Positions 37,145-48,613 of a stretch of DNA of 64,000 nucleotides are shown one piece after another. A model generated the notes under the pieces. The model saw only the letters and a list, made by a program, of their open reading frames with translations, made no database searches and was not told where the DNA came from. Numbering within the stretch: position 1 is the first letter of the stretch; each line of letters begins with the position of its first letter. The position numbers were made by a program, and so were the translations under genes. Origin of the DNA: Schizosaccharomyces osmophilus (lineage: Eukaryota); contig NC_079238.1 of NCBI RefSeq assembly GCF_027921745.1, positions 868,001-932,000 on the forward strand, read 5' to 3'.

Positions 37145-38407
37145 CTACACGCTGAAAACATTCAAAACCAAAAAAAATAATACTGCTGGCCAGGTGAGAA
37201 ATATGAAGTGGTGGAATGCTTTATGTATGATGCTTTTGTAATGACGACGAGAGTTGGAACGCCTATTTTGTGCTTGGGTATGGTATAAAGGAAGAAGACG
37301 GCCAGACTTTTGGTAATAATCGTTTGCATAATATGTAACCACAACAAATAAAAATAAAGAACAAATTCCGTAAAATAAATATATAGCAATTTGGTCAGGA
37401 AGTAGGCAAGGATGCGTTTGGTAAGATTCTGAAGGCGCCTTTCCTTCTTCATGAACGTAATACAGCGATAGTAATTGATAACCTGGCCTTCGTATTCCAC
37501 TTGTCATTGCAAATGCTTTAACATTGTATTCAGGGACCTCCTTTAGAGAACCATAGTCGTCATTATAACTGTGAACAACTTCGCAATAGTCATGATCATC
37601 ACCGGCAAATGCGGCAACTGGTTCTACATTCTTTAGGACTTCTTCAGAAAGCTCTTTGGAGAGTACGTTCTGGTATTGGTATCCATAACCGAAAGATATA
37701 GTATCCTTTTGTTCGCGCAATTTCCCACAGGATGTGCCATCCGGACGATATAAAGGAACATGACCAAAAAGTATTCGCGGTGAGGATGGTTCTTTCTTCT
37801 TGTTCAAAAACTCCAAGTAAGATTTTGGTTTCCCGTAAATGTCGGGTGACAAAGTGTTTGAGAGTCGGATTCCATCAACCAAAGCCAGGGTATGATTGCC
37901 AGCAATTACGGATCGAGAGGTGGACCCATAAGTAGACTCAAATGTTTTAATTTTTTCGTAAAAAGTCTTTTCCCCAAAGCCAATATCGTGATTTCCAGGA
38001 TAAACTTCAACATGCTCAGCAGCGTTGAAATCGAAAATTTTGTTGAATCTTTCTAGATCTTTATCCCACTCTTCAAGATTAAACTCTCTTCCAGTATCCA
38101 TCAAGTCACCCATGATGATTGTCAAATCAGGCTGGAGCTTTTTATGAAGGTACCGCCAATGTCGAAACAAATACTGGTCGGCGATAAATTGCACAAGACG
38201 TAACAAAGGACGAGGATAGTTGTAAGTACCATTATCCACGATCTGTGGATCCGCTACCAAGGCAACATGGAAAGGCTTTGCTTTGTGAGGCCAGCTTTCC
38301 CATTTAGACCAATGGCATTTCGTATGTGACCGAACGTGAATCGTCCTTTCTAAATAATAGACCAAAATAAAAGAAAAAAGGAAATAAAGCAAGAGCGTAA
38401 TCTTCAT
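37145..38407 (-). CDS. Cdc1/Ted1/MPPE1-like metallophosphoesterase (GPI remodelling)
   Basis: ADPQ, GDLMD, PGNHDIG, HVPLY and GDDHDYC motifs; N- and C-terminal hydrophobic segments. Confidence 0.9.
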   Translation of the reverse strand: MKITLLLYFLFSFILVYYLERTIHVRSHTKCHWSKWESWPHKAKPFHVALVADPQIVDNGTYNYPRPLLRLVQFIADQYLFRHWRYLHKKLQPDLTIIMGDLMDTGREFNLEEWDKDLERFNKIFDFNAAEHVEVYPGNHDIGFGEKTFYEKIKTFESTYGSTSRSVIAGNHTLALVDGIRLSNTLSPDIYGKPKSYLEFLNKKKEPSSPRILFGHVPLYRPDGTSCGKLREQKDTISFGYGYQYQNVLSKELSEEVLKNVEPVAAFAGDDHDYCEVVHSYNDDYGSLKEVPEYNVKAFAMTSGIRRPGYQLLSLYYVHEEGKAPSESYQTHPCLLPDQIAIYLFYGICSLFLFVVVTYYANDYYQKSGRLLPLYHTQAQNRRSNSRRHYKSIIHKAFHHFIFLTWPAVLFFLVLNVFSV

Positions 38408-39327
38408 AGCTGCAATCTTACTATAGTGGGTAAACTAAGGATGGTGCTAAAAAAAGCCGAGTTCATAAACAATCAATGACTAATATGGTACTGAGATATT
38501 TAAAGAAATTAAAGAAATTACTTTTTGTATTGCTTCCAATGATTGACTGAGAGAAACCTGAAAGCAATTCCTTCCTGTAAAAGGGTTCAATAAATAGAAA
38601 CTTGAGTTGGCCGAGAAAATGACAAGAATAAAAATCTGCTTAATCTTTCATCGGATAGAGTACTTTACGTAAACGTTCACTCCTATGAGATAGTCTTTCA
38701 ATCGGTTCGAAAAATGAAAAGAGAGCGTTGTGTGCAAGTTGGAAGTAGCAACACCGTAGTGGAAACTAACACTAGTAGTGGTTCTTTCAATTCTATTTAA
38801 AAGATAAATGTAAGTAGTCGCTTCAAGGAATTGAAACGGGAGTTGTTTGCATAGAATTGTTTGTTTATAATGTGGACCTTAAAGGATATCGAAAAAAAAA
38901 CAAAAATCTAAAACCGATTTTTCTATGCTGCTATCGTTACAACTACAACTGAAGAGATGAGTTTACAGCTAAAACAATACAAATACATGATTCATCGTAC
39001 GCAAATGCATCCTGTGGTTTGACAGGAAGGAAGCAGTGCGATTCCATTTATTAACAAGAAACATAAAATTAGTAACCTTGAATACGCATTCATTAAGCAT
39101 AGATTGAAAAAAATAGATGGGATAAAACAATAATCATTAGGCGTTTGCATGATTTGCAAAATATTCGGGATGAGCGAATAACTGCTTAACAGAAATTACA
39201 AAGACATCGAGTTTTAGAAAAAGATGGAACAACTGCAACCCTAATCTTATAGTAAATAAGTAGGCATTGCAGAAACAAGCTTGTCTAAATCAAAAGGATA
39301 CTCGAAAGGAAAGAAGCAAAGATGACT

Positions 39328-40132
39328 TTAAAATTCTTCCTCATGGGCAGCAAAAGCTTGAGAATAAGTGGTAATCACCAAAAAGATGATAAAGCCACCA
39401 ATGCAACTCATTACTGCAGCCGGTATATTCGTTAGGCTCACATTTACAAAGACGATAGGAAGGGCTAAAAACAAGTTAGTATACAGTCTTTCCAATAAAA
39501 AACCAAATGCCGTACCAAAGCCAGTACTGATGGTAGCGCCAAAAACAAATCGACCAAAGTCTAAAAGATTACTGGGTCGGTTAGCCAAAGTGTTGGGCAT
39601 GAAACAGAGATAAAAGAAGGGTAAAGGGAATTAGAAATGAGCTTTGGAGAACTGTAGAGTCTTTCTATGGATGGGCCCCGATAAAACTTCTCCTTACCAT
39701 CTGCACAGAAAACATACCGATCCTCTTCTTGTAAGAAGTCATGACTAGAAGAATACCGTTCGGTGAGCAATTGGGGTAGAGGTGCCAGCAAAAAGGGAAT
39801 GACTAGAAGGTTAGAGAAAGTTTTTTGCGTAAAAAACGACAAAAAGAAGGATGTGTCTGCATCCTTTTGTTGTAGCGATAGAGCATACCAATGAGCAAAG
39901 GATACCAATTTCTGTAAAGAGCACCGGACAAGATTACAAGCATAAAGCCAATGGCTAGCACCTTTTTTTAAAAATCTTGTTAGCATTTTCGTACTTTAGA
40001 AAAAATGACTACAAGTACGTTTGCATACCGAAGAAAGACCAATGATTCTATTGACGAAACGTGTCGTTAGTTTCCAGAACTTTGAAAAGACTTCAATGGG
40101 AAAAAGGCAGCTTACTTTTTTAGATCAGACAT
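39328..40132 (-). CDS. vps55: vacuolar sorting protein Vps55; exons 40132-40116, 40047-40029, 39961-39889, 39802-39718, 39571-39516, 39464-39328
   Basis: Manual splicing gives MSDLKKIIGLSSVLAIGFMLVILSGALYRNWYPLLIVIPFLLAPLP..DFGRFVFGATISTGFALPIVF. Confidence 0.93.
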
Positions 40133-40494
40133 GTTTGCTTTTATGCAAAAAGACCTGGAAAGTTTCTATTTGGATAATTTGCTATGAGAAGAAGATCAAA
40201 GACGTAGTATCCTACCACCTATTCAACTACGCTGGTCCTCGCTAAAGTACAGTAAATAACATTTGTAAAAAAAGAAAAATAACAAAAGTAGAGGGTTCAA
40301 AGGGATGGGAAGAGACGCATGAATAAGAGAAATACAATCAAGAGATTCCATTGCGGGGTCTATGCCACGGAGAACTCGCTATCAACAAGAATAGCAGAGG
40401 GAAGCATGGGTAGAGGAAAGAAGAAGGAGTCTATCAAATTTAGAATGGGAACCTATTCGCTAGTTTTGAGAAAACGATGAATGAGGAGAAAAAG

Positions 40495-41397
40495 TTAGCT
40501 GGACAAGCATGGGATAAAAAAGTTATTTCTTGATGGACCGTCGTGAACGATTTTCTTTTTCCAGGATAAGTTGGTTGAGCAAGGATGATCATATGCATAT
40601 AAATAATAAGCAATTTTCTTTGAGATAGAGGAATAACGAAGGGTGAAGCCAAAGTGGTGCAGAATGGAATGAAGCGTAGCACCATCCATGTAGCGAGAGT
40701 TGGTGACACAAGGAGCAGGAAGCACTAAAAAGAACCAAGGAGGATGAGTAGAATTGGGGGGAAGCAGTAGCTGAGAGCATTTCCACAGAATTTGAGCTCT
40801 CAAATTTGGGGGTGCAAAGTTTAAAACCAAAGAGCAACTAATCCCGTGAAACTAGAGGGGTTGTTAGTTTAAACGAAAGAAAAAAAGAAAAGAAGAGAAG
40901 AAAAGAAAAGAAAAGAAAAGAAGAGTGGTACTTACCTGACCTTGTTTTGGAGAGCGGGTCAAGACATCTTGTTCTTGGATGAGAGGATGGGAGGAATGGA
41001 GGTCGATTCTAGTAACGGAAAATAAGCCGCAAGTGGAGCATTTGTTGTCTACGGAAACGCTTCCGATTTCCAACATTTGCTGTGGACGATCGTTTGGATG
41101 TTTGGAATAGAAACTGGGATCGGCGCGAATCCATTCGACCAAGATTTTACTGGAATCACCGCCCTTTTGGCTGTTTTGGCCATTTTGACTTGCCTTTTGG
41201 TAAGCGTCAATTCCAATGGCTTCTAATTGTTGCTCGACATCTTGGATTTGTTGGACAGGGGCCTGGGTAGCTGTAAGCCGGGCTTTTTCCTTGAGCAGAT
41301 TATGGTAATGGCGAATGAGTTTGTTTCCCTTGAGACCTTTTGGATGGGCTTGCTTTTGTTTGGCAACGCGATCCTTGACTGAGACGGGACGACGCAT
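40495..41397 (-). CDS. bmt2: 25S rRNA m1A methyltransferase Bmt2; exons 41397-40936, 40851-40495
   Basis: GIDAYQKAS..GQ...GGDSSKILVEW, MLEIGS, VTRIDL..I.EQD, ISCSLVLNF, FLVLPAPCVTNSRY, RNNF motifs. Confidence 0.92.
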
Positions 41398-41462
41398 TCA
41401 AAGCGACAAAGAAGGGCACGTCAATCGAGAGAGGGTGCAGAGTGTATTATTTTTTATTCTTA

Positions 41463-41497
41463 TTTTCTTTTCTTTTCTTTTCTTTTCTTTTCTTTTC
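41463..41497 (+). repeat. (TTTTC)7 pentanucleotide repeat upstream of bmt2
   Basis: Read directly. Confidence 0.9.
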
Positions 41498-42833
41498 TTT
41501 TTCTCTTTTTAAAAAATTGGAATGGGAAAGGTGTTGAGAAAAACGAAAAAAAAATTCAAATTTATATATGAATTTAAAAAGGACTCAGAATGGGTTAAAA
41601 GGGGTTGGAATAGGAAAAAGCAAAAAGCTGCAAACAAAAAGAAAAGACAAAATACGTTTCTTTTACGATTCCAAGGAGAAATTCGTTGGACTGGTGTTTA
41701 TATGATGGAAAGGAAATCAAGAACAAACCACCAAATGTTGGACTTTTGCTGTCTTTGGAACTTGAATTGGTATTTTAATAGGGTCTTCCATTCATAATGA
41801 TCAAAAGAGGGTTTTGTTGATTCAAATTCTACATGTTTTGCTAGGTGTTGTTTGTCTCAGATGTAATCTTCTTTCACAATGATTTCCAACAGCTCATCAG
41901 TCAAGAAAGAAGGACAGGGTTGGATCCAACCAAGAAACCAAAAGATGGCCGCTCACTAGGCGTCAGTCGCCAAACAATGGTTTCCACTGTAAGACAACAC
42001 CCACCATGGATCCCAAATGAAATGGAGGCTATAGCTTGCAGCCTGAATCAAAGATTTCCTTTCCAGTTTGATTCTTTTCGGCTCTTTTTCGACTCTTTCT
42101 TTTTTGTTTTTCTTGAATTTACAAGCTACTCGTTAAGCTTATATGTCTATTCTAAACCTCTTTTATAGGATACTATTGTAATATGTTAAAAGTCTTTTCT
42201 ACAGAGGAAGAGGAAGAGGAAGAGAAACCAAAAGAGCTGCATTCCAACCATCGGACACATTTCCGTTCACTGTTCTTTTATATTCCCTATTTATTATTTT
42301 ATTTTTCTAATAAAATCTTCTTTCTTCCTTTCTCAACTTGCTTCGTCGCACCCAGCAACAACCACCTACACTCGCTTACCAAAACCTTATGCTTCTCTCT
42401 CGGAATTTCCCGCTTAGCGAAAAGCGGAACCACCAGCCTCCAGAACCCCTTGAACTGATATCAACGGAATGTCAAGTTTCTCCGAGAAAGCGCTCATGCG
42501 ACCCAAACAACATGTTCCTTGGGAAAGCCTCTTATCCCGCTCGGAGATCTTTGTGATGAAAACAAAGTTTTTTCCGGAACATGATGAGATCATTTTTTTT
42601 ATTCTATTGGTTCAAAGAAAAAACAATGTTTCTTGTTTGTTGCTTCGGTTCTTACATTGTTATTTTTTAATCTTCCGCCCCTTCCCTGCTTTGTACCCCG
42701 CTTCTTTCATTTCGTTACCTCCTTGTTCCTTCCTATTTCCCAAAGCGTTACCTAGCTGTTCGCTCCCGGGACCGCGTGATGTTCAGACGAACGTTCCTGG
42801 GCGCGCTTTCGATGATTTTCGGTTCGGTTGATA

Positions 42834-42908
42834 ACGTCATGATGGTTTCAATGTTCTCCTGACCCTCGTAAAAGGTTCCGACTTGTCACCTTCGTCACCT
42901 GCGTCACC
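42834..42908. promoter_or_regulatory. pgk1 upstream element: M26/CRE heptamer plus three GTCACC direct repeats
   Basis: ACGTCAT (ATGACGT on the minus strand) at 42834-42840; GTCACC at 42885, 42894 and 42903; TATA-like TATAAATAAA near 42996. Confidence 0.5.
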
Positions 42909-43062
42909 ATCGGTGAATTTCCAAAAACCCCTACGTAGTTGATCCACAATCTTCCATCAACGTTCCAAGTGCCTCACCCTCCCCCGATACAGAAATATAA
43001 ATAAAGGTGCGTAACTCGATTCATCCAACAACTGACCTTTAGTTTCGTTATAGGATTTCAAA

Positions 43063-44307
43063 ATGTCTTTGTCTACTAAGCTCGCTATCACCGATGTTGA
43101 TTTGAAGGGCAAGAATGTGTTGATGCGTGTCGACTTCAACGTCCCTTTGGACGGTGACCGCATTACCAACAACGCTCGTATTGTTGGTGCCCTCCCCACC
43201 ATTAAGTATGCCATTGAGCAACAACCCAAGGCTGTCATCTTGATGTCCCACTTGGGCCGCCCTAACGGCTCTCGTGTCGACAAGTACTCTATGAAGCCCG
43301 TCGCTGAAGAACTCACCAAGCTCTTGAACCGCGACGTCAAGTTCCTCAACGACTGTGTTGGCGCTGATGTCGAAAAGACCTGCAAGGAGGCCAACAACGG
43401 CCAAGTCATCCTTTTGGAGAACTTGCGTTTCCACATCGAGGAAGAAGGTTCCGCCAAGGTTGACGGCAACAAGGTCAAGGCCGACTCTGCTTCCGTCGAG
43501 TCTTTCCGTAAGTCTTTGACCGCTCTCGGTGACATTTTCGTCAACGACGCTTTCGGTACCGCTCACCGTGCTCACTCTTCCATGGTTGGTGTCGAGAAGA
43601 CCCGTGTCTCTGGTTTCCTCATGAAGAAGGAACTCGACTACTTCGCCAAGGCTTTGGAAAACCCTGCTCGCCCTTTCCTTGCCATCTTGGGTGGTGCTAA
43701 GGTTGCCGACAAGATCCAATTGATTGACAACCTCCTTGACAAGGTCAACCGCCTCATCATCTGTGGTGGTATGTCTTTCACCTTCTTGAAGGTTCTCAAG
43801 AACATGAAGATTGGTAACTCCCTCTTCGACGAAGCCGGTTCCAAGAACGTTCAAGGCATGATCGAAAAGGCCAAGAAGAACAATGTCGAAATCTTCCTCC
43901 CCATCGACTTCGTCACCGCCGACAAGTTCGACAAGGAAGCTAACACTGGCTCCGCCAACGCCGAACAAGGTATCCCTGACGGCTGGATGGGTTTGGACTG
44001 CGGTACCCAATCCTCCAAGCAATTTGATGAAGTCATCCAATCCTCCAAGACCATCGTCTGGAACGGTCCCGCTGGTGTCTTTGAATTCGAAAAGTTCGCT
44101 ACTGGTACCAAGACCATGCTCGACTCTTGTGTCAAGAGCGCCAATGCTGGTAACGCTGTCATCATTGGTGGTGGTGATACTGCTACTGCTGCTGTTAAGT
44201 ACGGTAAGGAGAACGACGTCTCTCACGTCTCCACTGGTGGTGGTGCTTCTCTCGAACTCTTGGAAGGTAAGGCCCTTCCCGGTGTTGTTGCCCTCTCCTC
44301 CAAGTAA
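43063..44307 (+). CDS. pgk1: phosphoglycerate kinase
   Basis: [76 protein letters not shown]; strong codon bias. Confidence 0.99.
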   Translation: MSLSTKLAITDVDLKGKNVLMRVDFNVPLDGDRITNNARIVGALPTIKYAIEQQPKAVILMSHLGRPNGSRVDKYSMKPVAEELTKLLNRDVKFLNDCVGADVEKTCKEANNGQVILLENLRFHIEEEGSAKVDGNKVKADSASVESFRKSLTALGDIFVNDAFGTAHRAHSSMVGVEKTRVSGFLMKKELDYFAKALENPARPFLAILGGAKVADKIQLIDNLLDKVNRLIICGGMSFTFLKVLKNMKIGNSLFDEAGSKNVQGMIEKAKKNNVEIFLPIDFVTADKFDKEANTGSANAEQGIPDGWMGLDCGTQSSKQFDEVIQSSKTIVWNGPAGVFEFEKFATGTKTMLDSCVKSANAGNAVIIGGGDTATAAVKYGKENDVSHVSTGGGASLELLEGKALPGVVALSSK

Positions 44308-45249
44308 ATTCCTTGAGAACATCTCAGCTCCTTCATCGTTTGTTTCCTTGGCATGCTAGCATCTTGGATTTGTAAATCAAAACACACAACGTATTTTTGG
44401 ATATAGGATGGTAGTTGTTTTGGAAATAGCCCGAACGGGTTTTGGGAATCTTTGATTTCCTCCTTTTGAAATGAATCGACTGTGGATAACCTGTTTAGGG
44501 TTTGGTGATGAGTATATGCATGTTGAAAATAATTGTTCCCTTGTTTATGTTTAATAAAAGAAATAGATATTTATGTACACATAAAGCCTTTTCTCCAAGT
44601 ATTTGAAGTAGTACAATAAAAGTATGAGTAGACCGCGTATTTCTGGTTGTCAACGCAGTGTCGAGTCGATGTTGATCATTTCGACCAATTCAAATTACAT
44701 CGTCCAAACCAGTCCTACTTAAAGTACTGTTTAACATTGAAAAGGTCTATAAAAGCTTGTAAACAGAAAAACAATGAAATTCTCTTTTTTCTTTTTCTCT
44801 TTTTCTCTGTTCCACCTTTCGTATGACCAAGTCGCATTTATCGGATAATGAACCCCAAGGTAGTGGAAGGATGTTGGAAGTAAGTTGGTAAATCAGAATT
44901 TGCAGACATTTCCTTCCTATACAAAGGTCAAAAATTTCTCCCAAAACAAACTTACAAAGGCTGTCCTGCAAGAGGTCAGCATTCAAAATCGCTTGTATTG
45001 GAAGGCGTAAAACTTTTCAAAAGGTTTTAAACATTTGGATTGATTATAATATTTTTTGAAATTTCAATATATTGGAAAGTTCTTCTTTTTCTTTCGTAGA
45101 AATACTTCTTGGAAAGGGGAATTGAAAACGAGGTTTGGACGACGGGATTCATTTGGTTTATTAGTTGTTTGTAGACTTTGTTTTAAAAGTCTTAGACTCA
45201 TATTTTATTACTCATTGGGATCATTTTTCATAATTCAAAAATTTCCACC

Positions 45250-48200
45250 ATGGACTCTCAATTTACTCTTGAATTGACTCAGTTGCTGTATCAGAGCACT
45301 GCTCCTGATACCACTCAAATCACAGAGGCTACTCGTGCCTTGGAAACAAAGTACTTGAAGGAACCTAGCTCTTTGTTGTCCTTGTTACACATTATGGGCA
45401 CATGCGAAAACTTTCAAGTCCGCCAGCTTGCAGCTATTGAAGCTCGTAAGCTGTGCCACAAGTATTGGCCCGATGTCCCTGCTGATGTACAAAATCAAGT
45501 TCGTGCCAACTTGTTGGAAATCACCATTAAAGAACCCGAGGGCATCGTATGCCATGCTTTTGGTCGTGTCATTGCTGCGTTGGCTAAAATGGATCTTCCC
45601 GACGGAAAATGGAATGATCTTTCTGGATTTTTGGTTCAAGCTGCCATGGATCCAAACGATTCCATTCGTGAAATGGCTATCTATGTTCTTTATTCCATTG
45701 CTGAAACCGTCGATTTGGACAGCAAGTTGCTCTTAGATTTTGTTCATTTGTTCTCTCGTACCATCACCGATTCTAGCCGTACTGTCCGAGTCACTTCCGT
45801 TCAAGGCTTGGGTGCCGTCGCTGAAGTTTTGGAATCCGATGACAAAAAGCTTTTGCATGCCTATCGTGATACCTTACCTAGCATGCTCATTGTTTTGCAA
45901 GACGTCGTTCAAGTTGGCGATGAAGATGCCTGCAAAACTGTCTTTGACGTTTTCAATACTTTCCTCATCGTCTCCGGCGCCATCATCTCTAAGGCCCTTG
46001 GAAATATCATTGAATTGATCACTGGCATCTCCACATCGAAGCAAGTTGATGGCGAAATTCGTTGTATGGCCTTGTCCTTCATCATTTCATGTATCCGCTT
46101 CAAGTCGCGTAAATTGCAAGCTCTCAAACTTGGCAAATCTTTAATCCTTTCCCTCATGCAAGTTGCTACTGAAGATACTACCGAAGATGCTGACGAGGAT
46201 TGCCCTGCCCGTCTTGCTTTACGTGCCATTGATCTTCTTTCCACCCACTTGTCTCCTACCCAAGTGTTCTATCCCATGTTGGAGGCAATCATGACTTTCT
46301 CTCAATCCCCCGATCCTGGTCACCGTAAGGCCGCTTTATTGTCCATCGGTGTCGCCGTCGAGGGTTCTTCCGAGTCCGTTGCTTCAAGCCTTCTTAACAT
46401 CTTTCCTCTTATTGTCAATGGCTTATGTGATGTTGACATGAACGTTCGTCAAGCTGCTCTCTTGGCTCTTAGTCAAATTGCCGTCGAAATTCCTATGGAG
46501 GTTTCAAAGCATCATGCTCAATTCTTGCCCCTCGTTTTCGAGTTGATGTCCACTCAAGGTGTTAAAGTTGGAAAGTCTGCTTGTAACTGTATTGACGCTT
46601 TGCTTGAAGGTCTTGACAGAGCTGAAATTAGTGGTTATATGCCCATGCTTATGGAACGTCTTGTTGGTCTTTTAGACTCCAATGTCACCGCTGACATCAA
46701 AAGTTGTGTTGCTGCCGCCATTGGCTCCGCCGCTTTTGCTGCTCAAGAAGACTTTTTGCCCTATTTTGAACGTACCATGGCTAGCTTGTCCAACTGCTTA
46801 CACACATCTGATGATGATGAGGGTTATGAACTTCGCGGTACCGTTATGGATACTTTGGGTGCTATTGCTAATGCCGTCGGTAAGCAAGCTTTTTTGCCTT
46901 TCACCGAACAGCTCATTCAATTAGCTTATGAAGGTATCCAAATTGATCATTCTCGTCTCCGCGAATGCTCATTTTGCTTCTATGCTGTTTTGGCTCGTGT
47001 CTACAAGGAAGAATTTGCTCCCTTCCTACCTCACATCGTGCCAGCCTTGTTCAAATCTCTTGACCAGGATGAATCTGATGTCTTAAGTGAAAAGGTCGGC
47101 GCCCCTAGTGCCGATGAAATCGGTCAATTGCTCGAGTCCTCTGAAGGCAACGACGAAGAAGATGACGAAGAATTAGAAAAGGCTATGGGTGTAAACTCGG
47201 CTATTGCTATGGAGAAGGAGATCGCTGCTGATGCTTTGGGTGAAATTTGCACTTATGTCGGTGCTCCTTTTGCCGAATACCTTGAGCCTACTGTCGAAAA
47301 GTTGGTTTCCTCTACTACTCACTTTTATGAAGGTGTTCGAAAGTCTTCTTTGACCAGCTTATGGCGTTGTGCTACTACTTTCTATAGAGTTTGCAACTTA
47401 CCCCAATGGAAAGCTGGATTGCCTTTGCAAGTTCCAGTTCCTGATGCCGTACAAAACATTTTTGCTGCTGTTAGAAAATGCTCTTTCGATACTTTGGACG
47501 AAGAATATGAAAAGACCGTCGCTACCGATATCCTTCGTAACCTTGCCGAAGCCATTAAGACATGCGGTCCTGTTGTTTTAGGCGATGATTATCCCAAGAT
47601 TTGCGAAATTGTTATGGAAGTACTTCAAAAACAACATATTGTCCAAGCTGGTGATATCTTTGATGAAGACTTTGAAGAGGAAGATGTTGTTAGTAACGAA
47701 GAAGTTGACGATACTGAACAAGATGCTATGTTTATCGATTCTGCTTGCGATGTTGTCATTGCCCTTTCAATGGCCTTGGCTGAATCCTTCGTGGAGTCTT
47801 TTCAAATATTCTTCCCTCATATCGTTAAATATTATTCAAGCAACAACGGTACTGAACGTGCTATGGCTGTTGCTTGCATAGGTGAAGTTGCTGGAGGTAT
47901 TGAATCTGCTATTACACCTTTCACTGCTGATGTTTTCACATTATTTATGACTGCTTTAGAAGATCCCGAGGGAGAAGTTCGCAGCAATGCTGCTTACTCG
48001 ATGGGTTTGTTATGTCAATTCTCTACTGAAAATCTTTCTTCTGAGTACCTCAACATTCTTCAAAAACTCCAACCTTTCTTTACCCAAGAAATCTTCCGTA
48101 CTGCTCTTGATAATGCTATCGGTTGTATTTCTCGTTTAATCTTGCATAATCAAAATGCTATTCCTTTGGATCAGGTCTTACCCATTGTCTTGTCCAAGCT

Positions 48201-48453
48201 TCCTTTGAAGGAAGATTACTTAGAAAACGCACCCTTATACTACATGATTCTTCATCTTTACCGTCAAAAGAACCCTATTCTGTTGCAACATTTGGGTGAT
48301 TTAATTCCTGTCTTTGCATCTGTTTTGACGGGACCTGCCGAGCAGCTCAATGCTGAGTTACGTGCCCAGCTTATAAACTTACTTAAGGAGATTGCTCCCG
48401 AATTCCAAACTCTCATTTCTACATTCCCTCATTTGGTTGCTTTATTACAGTAA
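45250..48453 (+). CDS. kap123: karyopherin Kap123 / importin-4
   Basis: 1067-aa HEAT-repeat importin-beta family ORF (VRQLAAIEARK, EKEIAADALGEI, EVRSNAAYSMG, DNAIGCISR, LPLKEDYLE); next to pgk1. Confidence 0.93.
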   Translation: MDSQFTLELTQLLYQSTAPDTTQITEATRALETKYLKEPSSLLSLLHIMGTCENFQVRQLAAIEARKLCHKYWPDVPADVQNQVRANLLEITIKEPEGIVCHAFGRVIAALAKMDLPDGKWNDLSGFLVQAAMDPNDSIREMAIYVLYSIAETVDLDSKLLLDFVHLFSRTITDSSRTVRVTSVQGLGAVAEVLESDDKKLLHAYRDTLPSMLIVLQDVVQVGDEDACKTVFDVFNTFLIVSGAIISKALGNIIELITGISTSKQVDGEIRCMALSFIISCIRFKSRKLQALKLGKSLILSLMQVATEDTTEDADEDCPARLALRAIDLLSTHLSPTQVFYPMLEAIMTFSQSPDPGHRKAALLSIGVAVEGSSESVASSLLNIFPLIVNGLCDVDMNVRQAALLALSQIAVEIPMEVSKHHAQFLPLVFELMSTQGVKVGKSACNCIDALLEGLDRAEISGYMPMLMERLVGLLDSNVTADIKSCVAAAIGSAAFAAQEDFLPYFERTMASLSNCLHTSDDDEGYELRGTVMDTLGAIANAVGKQAFLPFTEQLIQLAYEGIQIDHSRLRECSFCFYAVLARVYKEEFAPFLPHIVPALFKSLDQDESDVLSEKVGAPSADEIGQLLESSEGNDEEDDEELEKAMGVNSAIAMEKEIAADALGEICTYVGAPFAEYLEPTVEKLVSSTTHFYEGVRKSSLTSLWRCATTFYRVCNLPQWKAGLPLQVPVPDAVQNIFAAVRKCSFDTLDEEYEKTVATDILRNLAEAIKTCGPVVLGDDYPKICEIVMEVLQKQHIVQAGDIFDEDFEEEDVVSNEEVDDTEQDAMFIDSACDVVIALSMALAESFVESFQIFFPHIVKYYSSNNGTERAMAVACIGEVAGGIESAITPFTADVFTLFMTALEDPEGEVRSNAAYSMGLLCQFSTENLSSEYLNILQKLQPFFTQEIFRTALDNAIGCISRLILHNQNAIPLDQVLPIVLSKLPLKEDYLENAPLYYMILHLYRQKNPILLQHLGDLIPVFASVLTGPAEQLNAELRAQLINLLKEIAPEFQTLISTFPHLVALLQ

Positions 48454-48613
48454 TGTGCTTTTTTACAGTAATGGACTTTTGTTTTCTTTCTGTGGATTGT
48501 TATTTTGGTATTTTAATATTAGGATAGGTTTAACAAGGGTATTCTAAATCGATGCCATTGAATAATTTAATTGCTTCTAGGTGTACATATTAAGGTAAAA
48601 GAAAGGTTAAAAT

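Noticed and set aside
43048..44322. 424-aa antisense ORF covering pgk1
   Set aside because: Mirror of a highly biased gene that avoids TTA, CTA and TCA codons, which removes antisense stops; it has no independent motifs.
43883..44359. 158-aa Ser/Pro-rich alternate-frame ORF in pgk1
   Set aside because: By-product of codon bias in the main frame.
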